Counted from the first letter of the stretch, positions 19,205 to 27,752 are shown. The stretch: DNA of 32,000 nucleotides from Candidatus Saccharimonadota bacterium (GCA_001029695.1 CP011211.1:360001-392000), one strand, 5' to 3'. Made by a program: numbers and translations. Notes: generated by a model not told the origin, from the sequence alone.

Positions 19205-20545
19205 CTACGGCAGCATACACTTGGTATGGCAATACTGACTCACATTTTTGTCGTGCTCAGCGTTCGTGCGAGCAAAGTACGTCTTCTCATCATCACCACT
19301 CACGAAAAACAGGTAATCACCTAGTGCAGGATTTGCAGTCGCCCGTAGGGCACTCAATCCTGGTGCTGAGATAGGGCCTGGCGGCAAGCCTTTGTATTTA
19401 CGAGTATTGTAGGGTGATTCGAGGTTGAAATCGCGCGCAACACCTTGCTTATCTGCGGCATAATGGTATGTAACATCAGAGCCAAGGTTCATACCCTGCT
19501 TGAGGCGCGAATAGAACACCTGAGCGACCTGTGGCTGGTCTGGCACTAAAACCTCTCTCTGTACGATAGAAGCCAGTGTAATACCCTTGTAAAGCGTGAG
19601 GCCTTGCTTCTTAAAGCCTTCTTTTAAGTTATTCTTCTCCACCTGCCTCTGCAGCTCATCAAGCGCCCTTGTGATAATATCCTCAACCGTCGCAGACGAT
19701 GAGAATCGATAGGTTTCACCGTAGATATACCCTTCAAGGTCAGCTGACGCAGGCTTATCGGCTAAAACCGGATGAGTGTACGTCTTTTTTAAGGCAGCAG
19801 CAATCTCAGCCTCAGGGTAGCCAGCTCGCTTCAATACCGTCGTCACATCAACTTTTTTTGCCTCAGGCGTCGCCGTAGTATCAGTCAGTGTCGCACCTGG
19901 ATAAAATGTCAGGCTAAACTCATCAACAACACCCTTCACGAGATGATCAACAATCCGCGATACTGATTCGGTTGCGGCAAGATTATATGAGCCCGCTTTT
20001 AGAGAGCTGTTAGTTCCTGATAGCTGCGTGTAGAGAATAAACGCATTTTTATCACGGATAAGACCCTTCTCCTTTAGGAACGTCGCTATCGTCGTTGGTG
20101 TATCTCCCGATTCGATAATCACCCGTGTCCGCTGCGCCGCCTGATCACTCGATACGGGCTTTAACTGCTCTTGATACCATAGATACCCAGCCCCTAAAGC
20201 GATCGCAGCTACAGCAATAAGCCCAATTGCCCATAGCAATAACCGACCCCAAATAGAACGCTTTTTCTTATGAGCGTGCGCGGGGTCGTCCTTGAGATCA
20301 ATATCTTTCAAATCAACTGAAGGCGTTACTGCTACTGTCTGAGAAAGTGCATGGTCAGCTATGAGTGCCTGCGGCTTTGGTGTTGGAAGCTCGTGATCGT
20401 AGCGATATTCTGGCTGTGAAGCCACAGGGACTGACTGGACAGGAGGGGGAGTAGCCCGCCTAAATCCATCCACCTGCACTGGAGGTAGCGACGTACCATT
20501 GACGGGCTGAGTCGATGGCTTCTGAGCATCTTCATCAGGCCGCAT
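19205..20545 (-). CDS. mltG: endolytic murein transglycosylase MltG (YceG-like)
   Basis: A Pro-rich N-terminus and a single TM (LLLWAIGLIAVAAIALGAGYLWY) precede the YceG domain, which has ASIVQREV and YNTRKYKGLPPGPISAPG. ATG 20545 follows a GGAGA SD, so the 20602 start in the track is unlikely. Confidence 0.85.
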   Translation of the reverse strand: MRPDEDAQKPSTQPVNGTSLPPVQVDGFRRATPPPVQSVPVASQPEYRYDHELPTPKPQALIADHALSQTVAVTPSVDLKDIDLKDDPAHAHKKKRSIWGRLLLWAIGLIAVAAIALGAGYLWYQEQLKPVSSDQAAQRTRVIIESGDTPTTIATFLKEKGLIRDKNAFILYTQLSGTNSSLKAGSYNLAATESVSRIVDHLVKGVVDEFSLTFYPGATLTDTTATPEAKKVDVTTVLKRAGYPEAEIAAALKKTYTHPVLADKPASADLEGYIYGETYRFSSSATVEDIITRALDELQRQVEKNNLKEGFKKQGLTLYKGITLASIVQREVLVPDQPQVAQVFYSRLKQGMNLGSDVTYHYAADKQGVARDFNLESPYNTRKYKGLPPGPISAPGLSALRATANPALGDYLFFVSGDDEKTYFARTNAEHDKNVSQYCHTKCMLP

Positions 20546-20966
20546 GATGTATCTCCAAATAGTCCTGCAGAATGAGCGTTGCCGCCCGTGCATCAATATC
20601 ACCTTTTGTGTACGGTCGTTTATCTGCCTTTAGCTGCTGTTCCGCGATGACACTCGTTAGCGATTCATCCTGGAATACGACAGGTGCCATATCTTTTAGT
20701 TGCTGAGCAAACTGAAGCACATATGTCGTCTGAGCTGTTGGCTCTCCTGACTGATTACGAGGATAGCCGACAACAATTGTGTCGATACTATCGAGTGTCA
20801 CGATCTTCGCAATCGCTGTAAGCTCACTGCCGTCAACCTCAATCGTTTCAAGCGCTACAGGAATTCGGATTGCGGTATCTGCCACCGCAACACCAATTCT
20901 TCGCTCGCCAACGTCAAGCGATAATAACTGCTTACTTACCCGACTCATTCTTGATCTTGAACTCAA
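20535..20966 (-). CDS. ruvX: YqgF/RuvX putative pre-16S rRNA nuclease (Holliday junction resolvase-like)
   Basis: LLSLDVGERRIGVAVAD is the RNase H-fold N-terminal motif, and the segment ...DESLTSVIAE... is also present. 143 aa. Confidence 0.85.
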   Translation of the reverse strand: MSSRSRMSRVSKQLLSLDVGERRIGVAVADTAIRIPVALETIEVDGSELTAIAKIVTLDSIDTIVVGYPRNQSGEPTAQTTYVLQFAQQLKDMAPVVFQDESLTSVIAEQQLKADKRPYTKGDIDARAATLILQDYLEIHHAA

Positions 20967-22593
20967 TAGTTATCTTCTTTACATCGTTCGGTACGGTCTG
21001 TACCCAGAATGGCCAAAACTTTGTATTTGCGTCGTTAATGCCATCAATCTCTTTTAGCTGACTCTGCACTTCACCGAATCGCTTACCCTTTACCAGCTCT
21101 TTTATCTTTGCGTCATCAATCTTTGGGCCGACCTGTCCTGTCGTCTCAAGTACCACAGACGAAGCTGGTGATGCTTTGTAACCGGTAAACTTCACCTTAT
21201 CTAATCCATTATCATAAATCTGCTGCTCGTCAGTCTTGAGCTGCTCTTTGAGTGTTTGATCAAGAAACTTCGATAGTTGGTCTTTTGGCACGCCTTGCAT
21301 TGTATATGTCACTTCGCTTGTCAGCTTAGCCTTCGCTTCTTTTAGCTCACCGCCGACCGCTGGTGTTGACTGTGGTGATACATCACCTGCAGTGAAGCTC
21401 TCATCAATAACAATCGTACTCACACCAAACTTTGCAACCAACTTCTTCTTGATCTCATCGTTGCTCTGCGCCTTTAGCTGTGCAGTTGCTTTTTGTACAT
21501 CTGCAGCTGTTACGATCTTGATAGTTCGCTTACTACCACCAGCCATTGCACTGCCAGTCGCGGAAATACCTTCGACCGTAGAATCATATCCACGTGCAGA
21601 AAGGTTGCATTCTTCTCCCACCGCAGTAGCTTGGACTTTTACATCAACCGTGCCAGGTGACACTCCAAAACCAGAACCATTCCAGACTGGACTTGCGCCA
21701 GGTACTGAGACTTGCGCCTGAGTGGTGAACGTACAGTTACCATTGCTAAAGCCTGTACCGTATGGAACACTCACTGCACCTGGTGCTGATCGAGTAAGTG
21801 TCATCGTACCAGTCGCTTTTTCACCCACATCTTCTGTACCAGTTGCGTCAAACTCGACACTTGATGCCACTTTCTCTTGCTGAGAGGCGGCGCGTACGGT
21901 TGCTCGCTCCGCATTTGTCTCGAGCGTTGGTCCGATAGCAATCGGCTGTTTAATTGCAACCGAGCTTGTTCGAGCATCTATTACTACCGTTGCTTTTGGT
22001 GCGAACCAAATCGCCCATATAAGAAACCCGACAAGTAGAACGCCAAGACCGCCAAAAATAATTGCCTTTTTGCGGAAACTGCCAAAGTTTGGCACCTTGA
22101 TGCCACTTTTAACTCGTGGCTTCGCTGGCGACGCACCCTTTAGGGGCGGGGTGGCTTTTACCGGAGCATCATCTTCGATATTGATACCCGAGATTGCACT
22201 AGCGGCCAATGCTTCTTTTGCATCTACTCGCGTATCTGCAGTCCTCGCTAGCTCACCAACGGGTAGTTGTTCACCATCAATGACATCATCACCATCATCG
22301 ATTTCAAGCGCTGGAATCTCAGCCAATTCTGGCTTACTCTGCAAGTTCTTTGCTACAGGGATTTTCGCAGCACTCGCAAGGCTAGAGAGTGCTTGGTTAT
22401 TTGTAATAATAACAAGTCGCTTGTCGTTTAGTTCACCCGTACGGGCGAGAAGGCGTAAGTTCACTGCACTCTGAAGAACGCCAATTCGCTTTGGCGGGAC
22501 GAGAGCAACGACTTTTTCTTTCGTAGCCTTTACTTTACCGATAATTGCGGTAATGTCGTCTTCAACATCAATATAGATAACGTCTTTTTGCAT
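20932..22593 (-). CDS. hypothetical bitopic membrane protein, 553 aa, in an operon with ftsA
   Basis: It has a cytoplasmic domain of about 90 aa, an acidic/Pro-rich linker, a TM near aa 177-197 (AIIFGGLGVLLVGFLIWAIWF) and a beta-rich extracytoplasmic region of about 355 aa. The start is 8 nt after the ftsA stop and the 3' end overlaps ruvX. Confidence 0.6.
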   Translation of the reverse strand: MQKDVIYIDVEDDITAIIGKVKATKEKVVALVPPKRIGVLQSAVNLRLLARTGELNDKRLVIITNNQALSSLASAAKIPVAKNLQSKPELAEIPALEIDDGDDVIDGEQLPVGELARTADTRVDAKEALAASAISGINIEDDAPVKATPPLKGASPAKPRVKSGIKVPNFGSFRKKAIIFGGLGVLLVGFLIWAIWFAPKATVVIDARTSSVAIKQPIAIGPTLETNAERATVRAASQQEKVASSVEFDATGTEDVGEKATGTMTLTRSAPGAVSVPYGTGFSNGNCTFTTQAQVSVPGASPVWNGSGFGVSPGTVDVKVQATAVGEECNLSARGYDSTVEGISATGSAMAGGSKRTIKIVTAADVQKATAQLKAQSNDEIKKKLVAKFGVSTIVIDESFTAGDVSPQSTPAVGGELKEAKAKLTSEVTYTMQGVPKDQLSKFLDQTLKEQLKTDEQQIYDNGLDKVKFTGYKASPASSVVLETTGQVGPKIDDAKIKELVKGKRFGEVQSQLKEIDGINDANTKFWPFWVQTVPNDVKKITIEFKIKNESGK

Positions 22594-22601
22594 ATCTCTT
22601 T

Positions 22602-23867
22602 TTATATTCGGAGCAACCGATTAAATTTATCTTTGATCGTATCGCTTTCGCTTGCTCCTACTATTGTATCATAGCCGACACGGAGCAATCCCATCGCAGT
22701 AATAAACGTATGATCATTTACTGTCCCTGTACCGTCTGTAATGCCGACCACTTCTTCAGGCTGGATGTGATGAATTGTTGGTTTTTTCGTAAAAGGTAAG
22801 TCCTTGTGCCATTCTTGCGTATTAAGTGCTTCGACAAGCTGCCCGAGGCTTGCTCCACCACCACAAAGAAGAATACGATTTGGGAGATGGTCGACAGAAT
22901 CAAACTCACTCAACGCAAGCTCGACACCCGATAACCAAACCTCAAGTGTCTTGTCGATCGCCGATTCAGCCTGTTTTTTCACTGATGGCTTAATCTTCTC
23001 GCTGTCGAGATTCACCTTTAGCTTTTCCGCATCACTATACGTGAGATCCATCTCACTCGCTATCGTCCGGGTAAAACTTCGTCCACCGATACCGAACATC
23101 TTCGTTCCCTCTACGCCACCGTCATTAACGACAGCGATATCAGTCGTTCCACCACCAACATCAGCTAAAATAGCGGTAAAATTGCTGCTTGAGTCAGTTC
23201 CAAGTACACTACGACTCACCGCGAACGGCTCGGCCGCCACCGCTACAAGATCAAGCGCAAGATCATCCGCGACACGCTCAAGCGCCCCAATATGCACCAT
23301 CGGTGCAAATGCCGTGTAGATCTGTACAGCCACATCCTTGCCTTGAAATCCAATAGGATTGCTGACTTTGTAGCCATCAATATGAATACTAACCAGTGCA
23401 CTATTCACAAGCTTCACTTCAACTTCCTCGTTACCCGTCTCAAGTGCAATCTGCTTTTGCGCTTTACCCTGCGCCCGCTCTTGTACCTTTTCAATGATAA
23501 ATTCCATTTCGGCAGTATCAAGTGGTCGATCGGGCTGAGGGCGACGGTAACGAATAGTGTTCGTCACACCCTTTACGAGCTCCCCTGCAATCCCAATCAC
23601 CACGCGCTTCGCCTGCAGCCCAGCCTGGTCTTCAGCTTCTGATAGTGCCTCTTCGCAGTTACGAACAACTCCGGAAATATCCGCGATCGCACCACTATGC
23701 ATATCACTCACTTCCTGACGCGCACGGCCAACTCCGACAATCTCCAAAGAGTCGTCATTCACCTTGGCGATAAGTGCTTTGACGAATTCTGTTCCGATAT
23801 CAAGACCGACGATGTAGTCGTTTTCGGCGTGTTGTTTGCGAGCTGCTCGTATTTTTTCAAAAACCAT
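22602..23867 (-). CDS. ftsA: cell division protein FtsA (actin-like ATPase)
   Basis: Phosphate-binding motifs DIGTEFVKA and ADVGGGTTDIAV, adenosine motif LCGGGASL, and a C-terminal amphipathic tail KDKFNRLLRI. ATG 23867 (MVFEKIRAAR) is preferred over 23912. Confidence 0.85.
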   Translation of the reverse strand: MVFEKIRAARKQHAENDYIVGLDIGTEFVKALIAKVNDDSLEIVGVGRARQEVSDMHSGAIADISGVVRNCEEALSEAEDQAGLQAKRVVIGIAGELVKGVTNTIRYRRPQPDRPLDTAEMEFIIEKVQERAQGKAQKQIALETGNEEVEVKLVNSALVSIHIDGYKVSNPIGFQGKDVAVQIYTAFAPMVHIGALERVADDLALDLVAVAAEPFAVSRSVLGTDSSSNFTAILADVGGGTTDIAVVNDGGVEGTKMFGIGGRSFTRTIASEMDLTYSDAEKLKVNLDSEKIKPSVKKQAESAIDKTLEVWLSGVELALSEFDSVDHLPNRILLCGGGASLGQLVEALNTQEWHKDLPFTKKPTIHHIQPEEVVGITDGTGTVNDHTFITAMGLLRVGYDTIVGASESDTIKDKFNRLLRI

Positions 23868-23911
23868 AGATTGTATTATTATATACCAAAGGTGCTTATG
23901 GTAGCAAAACA

Positions 23912-23940
23912 TTGCGTTTTTATATGTTTTATGCTATAAT
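23912..23940 (+). promoter_or_regulatory. candidate promoter TTGCGT-17-TATAAT, with the -10 7 nt from ATG 23948 (leaderless-type)
   Basis: TTGCGTttttatatgttttatgcTATAATaaataatATG. The TTG that the ORF track uses as a start is the -35 hexamer. Confidence 0.45.
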
Positions 23941-23947
23941 AAATAAT

Positions 23948-24925
23948 ATGACCATGTACGAACAATCCGGGTATAAAAATCGTCGAAACATTGAACCTAT
24001 CTCACGCGAAGTGGAGATTAGCCCTGATGAGAAAGAACAGCTCTCGCAAGCCACAAAAGAAGCTATTAGCCTTGCATTTCTATCGCACGACTTCACTGAA
24101 GTTACGACAAGTGTTGGTGATATAGACCTCATCGGTCTTACTGCAGCACCAAATGCGACATACAAAGCCTTGATCCCCTGCGTATATGACAAATTAAGAG
24201 TTCAAGTATTTACAGAGCAGACGGATGAAACATCCTACCTTACTCAAGCAAATCTTCTCGTATATCTAGATAAAACTCCTCATCGATCAGAAATAACCAT
24301 TACCGAAGATGAAACCCTCCTCGACCAAGAAGGCCAGAGTGCTGGCTCACTCTATAATCATATTGGGGTTAAAACTGAGGAGGAAATTCCTCTCGATTTT
24401 AACGCACGCGAAGCAATTCTAGACGCACTCCTTGAAATGGCATCCCCTGAGCAAGCCTTACAGTGTGGCCAAATGAGTACGAAAGAGAAGCTCCTTGCCC
24501 TCGCTGCATCAGCCCCTGCCACGACGTACCAACGCTCAGCAACCTATGCGGTCGAACCTCAGGCTAATTCGGCATATAATGGCGCCCTCTGTATTGAGAT
24601 TAGCGATAGAACCACTTTTCAGTCAGACGGCACTTCTACGCAAACCTACCACCGAGCGACAGCTACCGCCATCCAACCATTTTTTGATACCAACTCAAGC
24701 ACGACAACAGAACTTACACTTCAAGCCTCTGACGATGAAGTAGCGACCACTTTTAGCTTTTCCTACGACATGGAGGACTCTTCGGCCCTCTCGATAGAAG
24801 ATATACCGTCATACACCGACCCTGATCATCAGCATCCAACAAAGTTCAACGAACACCTCAGCAATGCGCTTGACAGCCTGCTCTACCCTCGTGATGAGAT
24901 GATCGTCAAAAGACTCTTAGACTAG
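23948..24925 (+). CDS. hypothetical acidic, T/S/E/D-rich protein (325 aa from ATG 23948)
   Basis: Long ORF with no TM segment and no motif I recognise. It is convergent with alaS and overlaps it by 9 nt. Confidence 0.5.
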   Translation: MTMYEQSGYKNRRNIEPISREVEISPDEKEQLSQATKEAISLAFLSHDFTEVTTSVGDIDLIGLTAAPNATYKALIPCVYDKLRVQVFTEQTDETSYLTQANLLVYLDKTPHRSEITITEDETLLDQEGQSAGSLYNHIGVKTEEEIPLDFNAREAILDALLEMASPEQALQCGQMSTKEKLLALAASAPATTYQRSATYAVEPQANSAYNGALCIEISDRTTFQSDGTSTQTYHRATATAIQPFFDTNSSTTTELTLQASDDEVATTFSFSYDMEDSSALSIEDIPSYTDPDHQHPTKFNEHLSNALDSLLYPRDEMIVKRLLD

Positions 24926-26821
24926 AACTGCCTTTACTCGCCGTATTCCTGCTGAACTAGATTCTTCTTTAGTAATCTTGAAGACCTTACCATCCTCGGC
25001 AAGCTGAGCCGTATGTTCAACATGAGGTCCTCCGCAAATCTCAAAGCTCACTCGTTTTGGCTCATCGCCCATTTTGTAGACTTTGACCGTATCACCGTAC
25101 TTATCGCCAAACGCACCAATAGCACCCATTTCAAATGCAGTATCCGTTGGATACTCTTGAAATGACACAGGAAGATCCCACGAGATCCACTCGTTGACCA
25201 ATTTTTCAACTTCATCGAGCTGCTCGCGTGTCACTTTTTCGTCATTATTGAAGTCGAATCGAAGTCGCTCTTCAGTGATATTACTACCGTGCTGCGTTAC
25301 ATGATCGCCGACTACTTTTTTCAGTGCCGCATACATAAGATGTGTTGCAGTGTGATATTTTTTGTGCTGAAGACTATCGCCGCCAAGTCCACCTTTGAAT
25401 GTGCCCTTAGCCGCAGTCTGTGAACGTGCACGCTGTTCAGCCATCCTATCGTCAAACTCCTGACGCCAGTTATCTGAAAGCGAAATATCTTGCTTGAATG
25501 CCTCTTCCGTCGACAGTTCAACAGGGAATCCAAAGGTATCATAAAGCGTAAAAAGCTCAGTCCCCGTCAGTCCATCCGCCGAGAACTTTTCGAGTTGCTT
25601 GAGTCCTTTTCGAAGTGTTTGACGGAAGACTTTCTCTTCCTTCACAAGCACTGCAATTACCTCATCGCGCTTGGCCTTCACCTCTGGATAGTCATCGACA
25701 TAAAGGTCAGCGACGACAGGAACAATTTCCTCAAAGAAGTTCTGCTCTACACCAAGATCAAATGCAAATCGAATCGCCCTTCGAAGGAGGCGTCGCATGA
25801 CATAGCCTTGCTCTTTGTTGGCAGGCACACAGCCGTCAACCGCCATGAAGGTAGCAGCTCGAAGATGGTCCGCAATCACTCGCATGCTTTCTGTGTGCGA
25901 TTCATATTTTTTACCACTCAGTGACTGCAACTTCTCAATAATTGGCCATAGAAGACTAATCTTAAACACATCAGGACTATCCATCTGTGCGGCTGCAATT
26001 CGCTCTAAGCCACCGCCAAAGTCAACGTTTTTACGCTCAAGTGGCTCAAAACTGCCATCTTCAAGCCGTCGATACTGCATAAAAACCTGGTTGCCAATTT
26101 CCATAAACTGACCACTGTCACTCGCAGGGTGTGCGAGACCATAGCCTTCTGCGTGATTTTGTGGCCCGAAATCATAAAACACTTCGCTGTCAGGACCACA
26201 CGGATCACCGATTGGCGTCTTATCAAGCCCGCCGCCTCGACTCCACCAGTTTTCACCATCGTCATAGAAAAAGATTCGCCCGCCCTGCATCCCGAGCGTA
26301 TCGCCGTTTTCCGCACTACCAAGTTCGACAATCTTGTTATCGATACCTTTTTCGGCAAATAGCGTTTGCCAGATCGCCGCAGCCTCGTCATCACGAGGAA
26401 TCCCATGAGCCTCATCACCGATAAAACAGGTGACGTAAATCTTACTCGCATCTAACCCAACAACATCTGTCAGGAATTCAAAAAACCAACGAATCTGTTG
26501 CTCTTTAAAGTAGTCGCCCATGCTCCAGTTACCAAGCATTTCAAAAAATGTCGTATGACGGTTATCTCCAACGTCTTCGATATCTTGAGCACGAAGACAC
26601 GTTTGACTGTCTGTGAGGCGTACACCGGCTGGATGCTCTTGGCCCAAAAGATATGGCAGAAGCGGCTGCATACCACTTCCGGTAAACAGCGTCGTTGGGT
26701 CGTCTTTAAGCATCAACGGAGCACGAGCGATAATCTCATGATTGCGTTCATTAAAAAATTTCAGGTATTCATTGCGGATTTGTTGAGCATTCATCTCTGT
26801 TATTGTACCATCTTGTCGCAT
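24917..26821 (-). CDS. alaS: alanine--tRNA ligase, short form lacking the C-Ala domain
   Basis: The class II AlaRS core has TLFTGSGMQP and FFEMLGNWSMGDYFK. The editing domain has HTATHLM and CGGPHV. The protein ends about 35 aa after the editing-site Cys (634 aa). Confidence 0.9.
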   Translation of the reverse strand: MRQDGTITEMNAQQIRNEYLKFFNERNHEIIARAPLMLKDDPTTLFTGSGMQPLLPYLLGQEHPAGVRLTDSQTCLRAQDIEDVGDNRHTTFFEMLGNWSMGDYFKEQQIRWFFEFLTDVVGLDASKIYVTCFIGDEAHGIPRDDEAAAIWQTLFAEKGIDNKIVELGSAENGDTLGMQGGRIFFYDDGENWWSRGGGLDKTPIGDPCGPDSEVFYDFGPQNHAEGYGLAHPASDSGQFMEIGNQVFMQYRRLEDGSFEPLERKNVDFGGGLERIAAAQMDSPDVFKISLLWPIIEKLQSLSGKKYESHTESMRVIADHLRAATFMAVDGCVPANKEQGYVMRRLLRRAIRFAFDLGVEQNFFEEIVPVVADLYVDDYPEVKAKRDEVIAVLVKEEKVFRQTLRKGLKQLEKFSADGLTGTELFTLYDTFGFPVELSTEEAFKQDISLSDNWRQEFDDRMAEQRARSQTAAKGTFKGGLGGDSLQHKKYHTATHLMYAALKKVVGDHVTQHGSNITEERLRFDFNNDEKVTREQLDEVEKLVNEWISWDLPVSFQEYPTDTAFEMGAIGAFGDKYGDTVKVYKMGDEPKRVSFEICGGPHVEHTAQLAEDGKVFKITKEESSSAGIRRVKAVLV

Positions 26822-26832
26822 ACGCGACTATA

Positions 26833-26861
26833 TTGACGATTTAAAAAACTAGTGTTATAAT
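26833..26861 (+). promoter_or_regulatory. promoter TTGACG-17-TATAAT for the 24-aa peptide gene
   Basis: TTGACGatttaaaaaactagtgtTATAAT. It abuts a minus-strand TATAGT (26832..26827) that lies 5 nt before the alaS ATG. Confidence 0.6.
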
Positions 26862-26899
26862 ATAGCAGTTAATCCATCCAGCCTAGGGAGGTGAATCTG

Positions 26900-26974
26900 A
26901 TGCAGATCCTCGGCGCTTTGCTGTTTTTGATCGGTTACTACCTCGGTGGTGACATCGGAACATGGTGGCTATAA
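26900..26974 (+). CDS. small ORF encoding a 24-aa hydrophobic peptide, MQILGALLFLIGYYLGGDIGTWWL
   Basis: GGGAGGTG SD lies 6 nt before the ATG. The gene has its own promoter and its own 17-bp terminator. It is too short to appear in the ORF track. Confidence 0.5.
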   Translation: MQILGALLFLIGYYLGGDIGTWWL

Positions 26975-26982
26975 CACTCTAT

Positions 26983-27029
26983 GCCGCATACTCATTCTCT
27001 TTCCGAGAATGAGTATGCGGCTTTTACTT
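26983..27029 (+). terminator. intrinsic terminator
   Basis: gccgcatactcattctc (26983-26999) / tttcc loop / gagaatgagtatgcggc (27005-27021) forms a 17-bp perfect stem, followed by TTTTACTT. Confidence 0.8.
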
Positions 27030-27104
27030 ATGGTTGCAGCATCTTAAAATAAATGTTAAAGTATGCTAAGTTCATTGACATACTCGCATCGAAGGTGATT
27101 CATC

Positions 27105-27422
27105 ATGAATAATGCTCGTAAGAAACTCATCAAAGCCTCAGGAGCCACACTGACAGCCATCTGTCTTGTTCTTGGAGCATTAACTCTCGGTACATTCAGT
27201 ACAGGAGGAGTCTCGCCAGAAGACCCGCGGGCTACTGAGAATCTCATAGCGCAGAACCGTGCTGAAAATGTAGCAGATAAAAGCACGCTCGAAACCCTTA
27301 TCGATATAGCCCGCGAATACCAATGGGTGATTATCGCGGCGCTTATCCTAGCTATCCTCATCACGACAGCTGAGTATTTGAGCGTCCGACGAAACAAAAA
27401 ACTATCATGCCATTCTCAATGA
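27105..27422 (+). CDS. hypothetical small membrane protein (N-terminal signal/TM plus C-terminal TM)
   Basis: GAAGGTGA SD lies 6 nt before the ATG. Hydrophobic segments are ATLTAICLVLGALTLGTF and WVIIAALILAILITTA. The overlapping minus ORF 27056..27397 looks like antisense noise. Confidence 0.55.
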   Translation: MNNARKKLIKASGATLTAICLVLGALTLGTFSTGGVSPEDPRATENLIAQNRAENVADKSTLETLIDIAREYQWVIIAALILAILITTAEYLSVRRNKKLSCHSQ

Positions 27423-27425
27423 ACA

Positions 27426-27477
27426 ATACCGCAACTTATGCAACCGATACATCGGTGCACTAGTTGCGGTATTTTTA
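27426..27477. terminator. hairpin terminator between convergent genes
   Basis: ataccgcaact (27426-27436) pairs with agttgcggtat (27462-27472), an 11-bp stem with a nested accgat/atcggt hairpin. TTTTT follows on the plus strand. Confidence 0.55.
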
Positions 27478-27518
27478 CTGAGTCCCTACTTCAAGCGCAG
27501 GTCGCAAAAAACGAGTTA

Positions 27519-27674
27519 CTATTTGTCTTTTTCAGCATCCTCTTTCGCCTGATCGATGCGACCTTCGAGCTTGCCTTTTTCTTCGTGGGCTTTATTTTCA
27601 AGATCGTTTGCCTTGTTCTTCAAATCATCAGTCACTTCTTCGACTTTTTTCTTTGCGTCATCTATGATGCTCAT
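27519..27674 (-). CDS. small ORF encoding a 51-aa K/E/D-rich helical protein (stress-protein-like composition)
   Basis: MSIIDDAKKKVEEVTDDLKNKANDLENKAHEEKGKLEGRIDQAKEDAEKDK. It is on the same strand as mnmA and 78 nt downstream of it. The SD is weak (GAAAGGG). It is not in the ORF track (under 60 aa). Confidence 0.45.
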   Translation of the reverse strand: MSIIDDAKKKVEEVTDDLKNKANDLENKAHEEKGKLEGRIDQAKEDAEKDK

Positions 27675-27752
27675 ATCTGTCTGCCCTTTCGTTATGTTTG
27701 TAGGATAAGTATGACAAGAAATACAGCACCAGTCTGTAAGAAACTTTACTGA

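Noticed and set aside
21392-23642. Plus-strand ORFs of 109-171 aa inside the 553-aa gene and ftsA
   Set aside because: They are antisense to genes with clear motifs or operon structure. Their S/A/P-rich composition is typical of the reverse frame.
27056-27752. ORFs 27056..27397 (-, 113 aa) and 27438..27752 (+, 104 aa)
   Set aside because: Both look like antisense shadows. The first is R/S-rich, opposite a well-formed SD-led membrane-protein ORF. The second is F/L-rich, opposite a K/E-rich small ORF. Neither has an SD.
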